A DNA stretch of 38,482 bases from a virus (taxonomy: Duplodnaviria; Caudoviricetes): positions 1 to 38,482 of the IMG/VR virus record IMGVR_UViG_3300037420_000593; one strand, 5' to 3'. The notes below the pieces were generated by a model that was not told the origin of the DNA, did not search any database, and was given only the letters and a program-made list of their open reading frames with translations. This document shows, one piece after another, positions 23,958 through 31,407 of this stretch. Position 1 is the first letter of the stretch. Every line of letters starts with the position of its first letter. A program made the position numbers and the translations under genes.

Positions 23958-24819
23958 ATACGTCCGCGTCCAGCGCACGGTTGACAAGGAGCTCGCGGCG
24001 GTTCTGCGGGACGCGGCCGATGAGGCGGAGCGAATGATCCTTGCCCTGGGCAAGCGAAAGGACGCTGGCGCGGTCATTCGGCGGTCTCAACTGTCGGCAA
24101 CGCTCAAGCAACTGCGCAAATTGCAGTCCGAGCTCTGGGGTTCCGTCACGAAGGCGACGGAAATGGGAATGCTCCGAGCCGCTGAGGCTGCTGCGGACGC
24201 GGAAATCGCCATCAATCGCGTCTTGTTCGAGGCAGCCGGGGTAATTCACGGAGATTTCGACGCGGCGATGCGCATTCAAGCCCAGGAAGGCGTCGCAAAC
24301 GTCATTGCTCGGGGTGCGAACGGGATTCCGCTGTCATCGCAGGTGTACCGCAGCCAGGCTCTTTCGCGGAAGCTGGTGGACAAGGCCATCAATCGCGCTC
24401 TCCTGCTGGGTTTCTCGGCAAAGGAGCTCGCGGCAACGGTCAAGGGCCTCATCAACCCCAACGTCGCAGGCGGTGTCTCGTACGCCAGCATGCGCCTAGC
24501 CCGTACGGAGATCAACAATGCCTTCCACCGAAGCCAGATCGACCTCAGGCAAGGCGATCCGTGGACAACAGGGTTCCGCTGGCACCTGTCCGGAAGCCAT
24601 CCTCGCCCTGACGAGTGCAACGACTACGCGGATCGTTCTCATTTTAGGGGAGGCGATCCGGGCGTATTCAAGACTGGAGATGTACCGGGAAAGCCGCACC
24701 CGCAATGCCTCTGCTGGCTCGAAACGGTGACAATGGACACCGAAGATTTCATTAACGCGATGGCTTCTGGTCGGTTCGATTCCTTCATGGATTCAAAGAT
24801 CGAAACGTACGGAGTTTAG
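23932..24819 (+). CDS. MuF/SPP1 gp7-like minor head protein
   Basis: RLARTEIN...W.LS.SH...C...PHPQCLC. Confidence 0.85.
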   Translation: MAAPTPLSRYVRVQRTVDKELAAVLRDAADEAERMILALGKRKDAGAVIRRSQLSATLKQLRKLQSELWGSVTKATEMGMLRAAEAAADAEIAINRVLFEAAGVIHGDFDAAMRIQAQEGVANVIARGANGIPLSSQVYRSQALSRKLVDKAINRALLLGFSAKELAATVKGLINPNVAGGVSYASMRLARTEINNAFHRSQIDLRQGDPWTTGFRWHLSGSHPRPDECNDYADRSHFRGGDPGVFKTGDVPGKPHPQCLCWLETVTMDTEDFINAMASGRFDSFMDSKIETYGV

Positions 24820-24887
24820 CGTTCTTTCCTCACGCTGATTCGTGTGTAGAATGTCTTCCAAGCAGACCAACTAACTAGGAGGATCTC

Positions 24888-25661
24888 GTGAGTCGGCGGC
24901 TCGGCGAATCCGCAGTGCGAGAACTGGAAGCGCGTGGGCTGGGAAGGTTCACGACTCCTCTCGGTTACAGGAAGGACGGTTCGCCGTTCTACCTCATCGG
25001 TGGTGCATCTCCCGACGACCCCAGCAACGACGAAGGCGGTACCGGCGGTACCGGTGACGGCGGGACTGGTGGTGGCTCTGAGGGCCAAGGCGGAGAAGGT
25101 GGTACCGGCAGTGGTTCTGATGCCGGAGGCAACGGAGGCGAAACGGTCTCCAAGTCGGAACTCGACAAGGTTCTGGAGCGGATGAAGGCAGCGGACCGCC
25201 GTGCGGCTGCCGCCGAAGCCAAGGCGAAGGAGCTTGAAGAGAAGGACCTCAGCGAGCAGGAGAAGGTCGCGAAGCGGCTCCCCGAGCTCGAGCAGCAGGT
25301 GAACGAGTTGTCCGAGGAGAACAAGGGGCTGAAGGCAAAGGTCGCCTTCCTCGAGAGCTCGACGCACTCCTGGCACGACCCCGAAGCTGCCCTGAAGCTG
25401 GTGGACCTCAGTGAGGTCTACGCCGAGGACGGCAGCATCGACAAGAAGGCCCTGAAGAAGGCGATGGACGATCTCGCGAAGGACAAGGCGTTCCTCGTGA
25501 AGTCGTCTGCCGACAACGGTCAGGGCGGTGGAAAGGGTGCCCAGGGCAACCAAGGCGGCACCGGCTCCAGCGGAACACCTGCGGGCAGCGGCACCAACAG
25601 CGGGAGCAACAACGGTCTCGATGAAGCCGCCCTCCGCAAGAAGTACCCCGCTCTCAACTGA
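24888..25661 (+). CDS. Capsid scaffolding protein
   Basis: RBS AGGAGG; Gly-rich linker, coiled coil, C-terminal LRKKYPAL; lies before the capsid genes. Confidence 0.85.
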   Translation: MSRRLGESAVRELEARGLGRFTTPLGYRKDGSPFYLIGGASPDDPSNDEGGTGGTGDGGTGGGSEGQGGEGGTGSGSDAGGNGGETVSKSELDKVLERMKAADRRAAAAEAKAKELEEKDLSEQEKVAKRLPELEQQVNELSEENKGLKAKVAFLESSTHSWHDPEAALKLVDLSEVYAEDGSIDKKALKKAMDDLAKDKAFLVKSSADNGQGGGKGAQGNQGGTGSSGTPAGSGTNSGSNNGLDEAALRKKYPALN

Positions 25662-25699
25662 GAGCAGGCCCTCAGAGCTTACAAAGGAAGGAGACCACC

Positions 25700-26068
25700 G
25701 TGGCTCGTTACGACAAGTACGACCCTATCGACGGCGGTTTCCGCGCACCCCTTGCGGCTGACTGGCTGGAGGCGGACCTCAACAAGGTCTTCGCCGTCGG
25801 CCTGGACGCGAACGGCAAGGTTGTCAAGGGTGCCGGGAACAGCGGCGTGAAGGGCGTTCTCGTTCTGTCGAAGGTCATCAAGGCGGACAAGATCGTGGAC
25901 GTCATGACCGACGGCGAGGTCGTCGAGATGGACGTCAACCACGCGGGCATCGTCGCCGGTACGAGCTACTACGGCTCGGCCGCTGGTGCGCTGACCACCG
26001 TCAACACCGACAAGCCCATCGGACACACCGTCGAGGCCACGCGCCTCGTCGTGCGAGTGGGGAGCTGA
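25700..26068 (+). CDS. Capsid decoration/cement protein
   Basis: 122 aa, beta-rich, between scaffold and capsid; GEVVE...AGT.YY...G.LT...IG pattern. Confidence 0.7.
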   Translation: MARYDKYDPIDGGFRAPLAADWLEADLNKVFAVGLDANGKVVKGAGNSGVKGVLVLSKVIKADKIVDVMTDGEVVEMDVNHAGIVAGTSYYGSAAGALTTVNTDKPIGHTVEATRLVVRVGS

Positions 26069-26071
26069 ATC

Positions 26072-27322
26072 ATGAGCAACCTCACTCTCCCGAAGCTGTA
26101 CTTCCCGACCACTCACGAGTTCGGTTCTGTTGCCTCCGGCCACAAGAACCTTCTCCGTGACGCCCGGCTGCGCAAGCAACTCGGCATCGTCACCGCGATC
26201 GCTGGTGGTGACCGAGGCTACAACACCGAGGGCGACGTCATCACCCAGACGGTGGATGGCGTTCAACTCAACAACATCTGGGCTGAGTTCCAGCAGACGC
26301 TGGCCATCCAGAACAGCCAGCGCAACACCCTCGTCTCGTTCCTGACCTACAACGTCAACGAGCCGATCGTCACCGTCCCGCAGTTCGGCGGCGGTGAGGA
26401 CTTCGAGATCGCGTCGGAGTTCGGTGTGCCGAAGTCGGTTCGGCCGACCTCCTCGTACTTCCAGATGGGCTTCGACTTCGAGTGGTACGACGTCGCGACC
26501 CGCTTCACCTGGAAGTTCCTCGCGGAGGCGACGGCGGCTCAGGTGGAGGCTGTGCACCAGTCGGTTCTCGAAGCGGACAACCGCCTTGTCTTCAACGAGA
26601 TCATGCGGACGCTGTTCCGCAACACCAACCGCGAAGTCGACATCCAGAACCGGGCGTACAACGTCTACGCCTTCTACAACGCGGACGGAACGGTACCCCC
26701 GACCTACCGCACGAACACGTTCGACGGCACGCACAACCACTACCTGACGAGTGGTGCGGCTACGGTCACCTCCGGCGACCTCGACGACGTGTTCAACCAC
26801 CTGGAGCACCACGGATACTCCCGCCAGAACGGTGCGGAGATCGTCCTCATGGTGAACCGGGCCGAGGGTGACGTCATCCGAACCTTCCGCACTTCCCTCA
26901 CGGGCGGTACGGCGAAGTTCGACTTCATCCCGGCAACCAACACGGCAACCTTCCTCCTCCCGAACACCTTCATCACCAGCACCGTCGACGGCGGTCGCCC
27001 GTCGAACTCGCTGCGTGGCATGACGGTCATCGGCTCGTACGGCGACATGCTCATCGTGCAGGAGGACTACATCCCGGCTGGGTACATGGTCGCGTTCGCC
27101 ACTGGTGGTCAGGAGTCTCTGACCAACCCGATCGGCATCCGCGAGCACGCTCGGCAGGAGCTTCGTGGCCTGCGCATCGTCAAGGGTCGCGAGCCGGACT
27201 ACCCGCTGCAGGACTCGTACTACCAGCGAGGCTTCGGCACCGGCATCCGGCAGCGTGGAGCGGGTGTGGTGATGCAGATCACCGCGAACGCCAGCTACAC
27301 GATCCCGGCTCAGTACGCCTGA
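26072..27322 (+). CDS. Major capsid protein
   Basis: 416 aa, strongly biased codons, position in the head module, followed by a terminator; FEIASEFGVPKS motif. Confidence 0.9.
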   Translation: MSNLTLPKLYFPTTHEFGSVASGHKNLLRDARLRKQLGIVTAIAGGDRGYNTEGDVITQTVDGVQLNNIWAEFQQTLAIQNSQRNTLVSFLTYNVNEPIVTVPQFGGGEDFEIASEFGVPKSVRPTSSYFQMGFDFEWYDVATRFTWKFLAEATAAQVEAVHQSVLEADNRLVFNEIMRTLFRNTNREVDIQNRAYNVYAFYNADGTVPPTYRTNTFDGTHNHYLTSGAATVTSGDLDDVFNHLEHHGYSRQNGAEIVLMVNRAEGDVIRTFRTSLTGGTAKFDFIPATNTATFLLPNTFITSTVDGGRPSNSLRGMTVIGSYGDMLIVQEDYIPAGYMVAFATGGQESLTNPIGIREHARQELRGLRIVKGREPDYPLQDSYYQRGFGTGIRQRGAGVVMQITANASYTIPAQYA

Positions 27323-27336
27323 GTCACCGGCTGAGT

Positions 27337-27368
27337 GAGGGGTCGGCTCTAACAAGGGTCGGCCCCTC
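27337..27368 (+). terminator. Terminator hairpin after the major capsid gene
   Basis: GAGGGGTCGGCTCT-AACA-AGGGTCGGCCCCTC, a 14-bp stem with G.U pairs. Confidence 0.75.
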
Positions 27369-27405
27369 GCTTCCGAGAAAACCGTTACAGAGAAGGGAGA
27401 AGACC

Positions 27406-27924
27406 ATGAGTCGCGAGATCGACTTGGACAAGCCGCTGTCGGCGGATGACCGTCAGTATCTGCTCGACCGCTGGGACACCACCCGACTCCGCCGGAACAT
27501 GGAAAACCTCGGAGTGGACCCGTCGGTGGCCTTCCGTGCGCAGAACATGAGCCACGAGGAGTACGAGTCGCACATCAGCAAGGCGAGCGGCGGCGACACC
27601 AGCACTCCGACCGAGCAGCCTCCGGCGGTACCGGGCGGCAGTGCCGACCCCCAGCCAGCCAGCACGAGCGGTGTGCAGGCGGCTCGGGCGGAAGGGGCTT
27701 CGGGCAACGAAGTTCCGGTGCGCTCCTTCGCCGATGAGTCGCTGGCGGAGAAGTCGTACGACGAGTGGACCAACGAGCAGCTTCGGGCCGAGATCACCAA
27801 GCGCAACGAGATGCGCGTCGATGACCCCGACTACGAAGGCGAAGATCCGATGGTCACTACCGGCAACAAGGGCGAGCTCGTAGCCCGCCTTCGCGAGGAC
27901 GACGAGGCCGACGCGCCGGAGTAG
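27406..27924 (+). CDS. Hypothetical protein with a C-terminal SAP/HeH-like motif
   Basis: YDEWTNEQLRAEITKRN...TGNKGELVARLRE. Confidence 0.7.
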   Translation: MSREIDLDKPLSADDRQYLLDRWDTTRLRRNMENLGVDPSVAFRAQNMSHEEYESHISKASGGDTSTPTEQPPAVPGGSADPQPASTSGVQAARAEGASGNEVPVRSFADESLAEKSYDEWTNEQLRAEITKRNEMRVDDPDYEGEDPMVTTGNKGELVARLREDDEADAPE

Positions 27925-27934
27925 TCCCCCGTCT

Positions 27935-27978
27935 GGTGGGTGGAGGCCTCCAGATGGCCTGCCCGGTCTCCACCCACC
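27935..27978 (+). terminator. Terminator-like hairpin
   Basis: GGTGGGTGGAGGCC / GGTCTCCACCCACC, 14-bp stem. Confidence 0.65.
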
Positions 27979-27998
27979 TACCCCGAGGAAGGTAGCTC

Positions 27999-28343
27999 AT
28001 GGCAACTACTGCGGAGATCGCCTACGTTCGCGAGCTCATCAACGAGGCGGACGACACAAACGGCTGGACCGACGACCGCATCGGCACCTTCATCGACAAC
28101 AGCCGCAACGCAGACGGCACCATCAATCTCAAGCTTCCGGCCTCCGACATCTGGGGTGTGAAGGCAACCACCTTCAGCCAGATGGTCGACGTGGCCGAGT
28201 CCGGTTCCAGCCGTAAGATGAGCGACCTCCTCAAGAACGCTCTCCTGCTCCAGAAGTCGCTGCGGGAGGGCGATGATGGGCTGCCGGACGTAGTTGATCC
28301 TCTCGCGAATCGGCCTAGAACAAGGGCGATCACGCGGCCATGA
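27999..28343 (+). CDS. Head-to-tail adaptor
   Basis: VRELI.E...WTDD.I pattern; position after the capsid. Confidence 0.7.
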   Translation: MATTAEIAYVRELINEADDTNGWTDDRIGTFIDNSRNADGTINLKLPASDIWGVKATTFSQMVDVAESGSSRKMSDLLKNALLLQKSLREGDDGLPDVVDPLANRPRTRAITRP

Positions 28344-28705
28344 CCGAGACCGACATCCTGCGGGCACAGACCAAGGCGTTCATCGACGCGGATGCCAAGG
28401 CGATAACGCTTGCCCGTCGCAACAAAGTGTCGAACGGCTCCGGCGGCTACGACGTCACGTACGTTCCGCTGATGACGCCTCAGACACTTCGGCTGATTCC
28501 CCAGCATGGCAACATGTCTCCGCTCCGAGAGACGCTGGATGGCGAGGCTGTGCAGCCCGACTACATCCTCCTCGGCGAGTGGAACGCAGACATCTCTCGA
28601 TGGGACACCTTCACGGACAACGGTCGCCGCTACATCGTGCTCTTCGTGCATGAGAAGGCGACCTACGAGAAGAAGGGCGAGGTCAAATACCTCGGGGAGG
28701 CGTAA
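28340..28705 (+). CDS. Head-to-tail stopper/closure protein
   Basis: ITLAR...G.GG...ADI...D.F...G.RY.V pattern; synteny. Confidence 0.7.
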   Translation: MTETDILRAQTKAFIDADAKAITLARRNKVSNGSGGYDVTYVPLMTPQTLRLIPQHGNMSPLRETLDGEAVQPDYILLGEWNADISRWDTFTDNGRRYIVLFVHEKATYEKKGEVKYLGEA

Positions 28706-29140
28706 ATGCCTCCGAAAGGGAAGCGTCCGAAGCTCCGCAACAGCGGCGGCAACGCGCAAGGAGCGAAGCAGTTCGCGCGGCTGACAATGGAGACGGACAC
28801 GCTGACGCCAACCCTGCAAGCCCTGCCGGGGATCATCGACAAGATCGCCGCTACGACCATGCGGTACTACGAGCCGAAGCTCGAGAACTACGCGAAGCTC
28901 AACGCTCCTTGGAAAGACCGGACTTCTAACGCTCGAAACGGGCTGGCGGCAAGGAGTGGTCGGGACTCCAAGACGCACTACATCGTGCTGTTCCATCAGG
29001 TGCCGTACGGCATCTGGCTCGAGACGCGGTGGTCTGCGAAGTACGCCATCATCATGCCGACGATCGATCACTTCGGTCCCGAGGTCATGGACACCTTTCA
29101 GAAGATTCTCGACCGACGGTTCCCTGGGGCAACGACATGA
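28706..29140 (+). CDS. HK97 gp10-like neck/tail component
   Basis: AKLNAPWKDRTSNARNGL...VPYGIWLE...YAIIMPT. Confidence 0.8.
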   Translation: MPPKGKRPKLRNSGGNAQGAKQFARLTMETDTLTPTLQALPGIIDKIAATTMRYYEPKLENYAKLNAPWKDRTSNARNGLAARSGRDSKTHYIVLFHQVPYGIWLETRWSAKYAIIMPTIDHFGPEVMDTFQKILDRRFPGATT

Positions 29141-29526
29141 GAAAAGCCATCTTCAACCTGCTCACTACGGACCCCACCCTGTCTGGCCTGCTCCCCGCAG
29201 AGAAATGGTACGAACGCGGGGCGGTCCCTGATACCCCCACCACCCCGTTTGCCGTTCTGGCGTGGCAAGGCGTAACAGCGGTCGGCAAAGGGCAGCGCAT
29301 GCCCCGGCTGACACTGTGGGTGTACCAAGCCAGGGGCAGTTACACGACCATCGACCGAGTGTTGTCAAGGGCAACAGAAGTCCTCGAGGCGGTGGAGCAG
29401 TATCAGTTCGGAGACGAGTATATCACGCAGGTGGATTTCGAAGGGTCGTCTGTCGATCTATTCGACGACATCTATCGAGCCAACGCTCGAAACGCGGGAT
29501 ACCGCGTGATCGGTTCCGGACTGTAG
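29137..29526 (+). CDS. Tail terminator protein
   Basis: MRKAIFNLLTTDPTLSGLL...P.TPFAV; synteny. Confidence 0.75.
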   Translation: MRKAIFNLLTTDPTLSGLLPAEKWYERGAVPDTPTTPFAVLAWQGVTAVGKGQRMPRLTLWVYQARGSYTTIDRVLSRATEVLEAVEQYQFGDEYITQVDFEGSSVDLFDDIYRANARNAGYRVIGSGL

Positions 29527-29555
29527 AATTCTCCCAAACGGAAGGAGGGTAGAAC

Positions 29556-29858
29556 ATGCCGAAGACAACCACGAACGCCGACACCGTCGAGGGTACGGAA
29601 GCCGTTGCCGACAGCAACGACTCCGGCGGCTCCAAGCTCATCGCTGAGTGGGTGGGTAGCGACCGCTCCCCGCGCATCAAGGGCCAGTCGGCTCGGGAAC
29701 TGAGCAAGAAGGATGTGAAGGATGGCCTCGTGATGGACATCACGAAGAACCTTCGCTGGGGTCCCGAGACCAACTACCGCGTCGACGTCACCGAGCAGCC
29801 GGAGCCGTTCCAGAACTGGCTTCGGGAGCAGGCGGAGTTCAAGGTCACGGAGGAGTAG
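29556..29858 (+). CDS. Hypothetical protein
   Basis: RBS AAGGAGGG; phage-like codon usage. Confidence 0.75.
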   Translation: MPKTTTNADTVEGTEAVADSNDSGGSKLIAEWVGSDRSPRIKGQSARELSKKDVKDGLVMDITKNLRWGPETNYRVDVTEQPEPFQNWLREQAEFKVTEE

Positions 29859-29859
29859 G

Positions 29860-30054
29860 GTGCACGAGCTACGCTGTCCGAACGGCATCAAGTTTGCAAA
29901 TCTCGATGAGAACTTCATTGAGGTTGTTTGCCGTTCGCAACGGTGTGGCAAGAGGCCCGGCGTCATCGTGATCCATCGTTTCTCCCACGAAGGTGAGTTA
30001 CTCCGAACAATGAAGTTCCGCGATCCAGCAGTTAGAGAGGAGGAAACGAGATGA
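29860..30054 (+). CDS. Small Com-like zinc-ribbon protein
   Basis: MHELRCPNG...IEVVCRSQRCG. Confidence 0.55.
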   Translation: MHELRCPNGIKFANLDENFIEVVCRSQRCGKRPGVIVIHRFSHEGELLRTMKFRDPAVREEETR

Positions 30055-30584
30055 CTTCACTTCCCTACGGTCTTCGGGATGTCAAGATCGCTCCGTTGGA
30101 CCCGGACGGTACTCCGGGCACGATGGTCGACCTTCCCAACAGCCAGACGATGTCGTTCTCGGAGAAGGAGGACTACCAAGAGCTCCGGGGTGACGACAAG
30201 GTCGTTGCCAAGCGGGGTTCTGGCGCGACTGTCGACTGGGAGCTCGACAGTGGTGGTATCTCTCTCGAGGCCTACGTCATCATGAACGGCGGCACCCTGA
30301 CTACGTCTGGGGTCACCCCGAACGTGGTCAAGAAGTACACCAAGAAGTCCACCGATCCCCGGCCCGATTTCTGGGCGGAGGGGCAGGCCATGAGCGAGTC
30401 CGGCGGAGACTTCCACATGACGCTCGAACGCTGCAAGGCGGACGGCGGCATCGAAGGCGAGCTCAACGACGGCGAGTTCTGGGTGACGCAGGCTAGCGGC
30501 ACCGCGATCGGCTCGGTTGTCGACGACGACCTGTACTCGTTCACTGACAACGAGACGTCGACGGCGATCATCCAGCCGACGTAG
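30051..30584 (+). CDS. Major tail protein
   Basis: LPYGLRDVKI...LRGDD motif; precedes the chaperones and tape measure. Confidence 0.88.
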   Translation: MTSLPYGLRDVKIAPLDPDGTPGTMVDLPNSQTMSFSEKEDYQELRGDDKVVAKRGSGATVDWELDSGGISLEAYVIMNGGTLTTSGVTPNVVKKYTKKSTDPRPDFWAEGQAMSESGGDFHMTLERCKADGGIEGELNDGEFWVTQASGTAIGSVVDDDLYSFTDNETSTAIIQPT

Positions 30585-30620
30585 TAGTTGTCCGAGGCAA
30601 GGAAAGAGAGGACCACACGG

Positions 30621-31208
30621 ATGGCAGCCTCAACCAGCAAGGCGAAGAAGAAGAGCGGCAACCCTGCCAAGCGGCCGACGTCTGCGGCGGGGTGGAAGCG
30701 GCAGCAGGGAGAGGAACTGGAGCTCCCCTCGGGCAACGTGGCTCTCGTCAAGAGGCCTGGCCCGCAAGCCCTTCTCAGCGAAGGCATCCTGCCGGACACC
30801 CTCATGCCGATCGTGCAGCAGGCGATCAGCAAGGGCAAGGGTCTCCGGCCCACCGACATGAACGCCATGCTCGAGGACCCGAAGGCTCTCGCGGAGATGC
30901 TGGACGCGATGGACCGCCTTCTGGTGAAGGTGGTCGTCGAGCCGAAGGTTGCCTACCACAAGCGTCAGGTGCCTCCGCCCGAGGGTCAGACCGTTGCCCT
31001 CGACAACCTTCCGTGGGAGACCATCTCGGAGGACGAGCGGGACACCGAGGAGAACGTCTACACCGACGAGATCGATCTCGAGGACAAGATGTTCATCTTC
31101 AACTACGCGGTCGGAGGTACCCGCGACCTCGAGCGATTTCGTAGCGAACACGAAGCTCGTCTGGGAGACATTTCAGATGGCTCGGGAAATGAGGATCCGA
31201 CCGAGTGA
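30621..31208 (+). CDS. Tail assembly chaperone (G)
   Basis: RBS GAGAGGA with ATG 30621; LELPSG motif; position. Confidence 0.8.
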   Translation: MAASTSKAKKKSGNPAKRPTSAAGWKRQQGEELELPSGNVALVKRPGPQALLSEGILPDTLMPIVQQAISKGKGLRPTDMNAMLEDPKALAEMLDAMDRLLVKVVVEPKVAYHKRQVPPPEGQTVALDNLPWETISEDERDTEENVYTDEIDLEDKMFIFNYAVGGTRDLERFRSEHEARLGDISDGSGNEDPTE

Positions 31209-31407
31209 CTTGGTTGGTCTTGACGTAGACGACCTGACGCGGTACTGCTTCGACAGGGCCATCAATGCCTTCGGGGATGCGCTCCTCGCAGAACTGAAAA
31301 ACATCGAAGCAAAGACCAAGAAGGAAGCCGAAAGCAAGACCAAGAAGATCCTCGCGAAGTGGTTGCCGGAGGCAAGGCGGGCAGGCCAACCCTCTAGGAG
31401 ACGGTGA
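31138..31407 (+). CDS. Tail assembly chaperone extension (T), probably reached by a +1 frameshift
   Basis: Overlapping +1 frame FVANTKLVWETFQMAREMRIRPSDL...YCFDRA...; slippery CGA TTT CGT at 31134-31142; alternative ATG at 31177. Confidence 0.65.
   Translation, partial: FVANTKLVWETFQMAREMRIRPSDLVGLDVDDLTRYCFDRAINAFGDALLAELKNIEAKTKKEAESKTKKILAKWLPEARRAGQPSRRR

Noticed and set aside
30582-30620. Stop-codon readthrough or TTG 30588 start extending the tail genes
   Set aside because: Tandem TAG TAG ends the major tail gene firmly; ATG 30621 has the better RBS.
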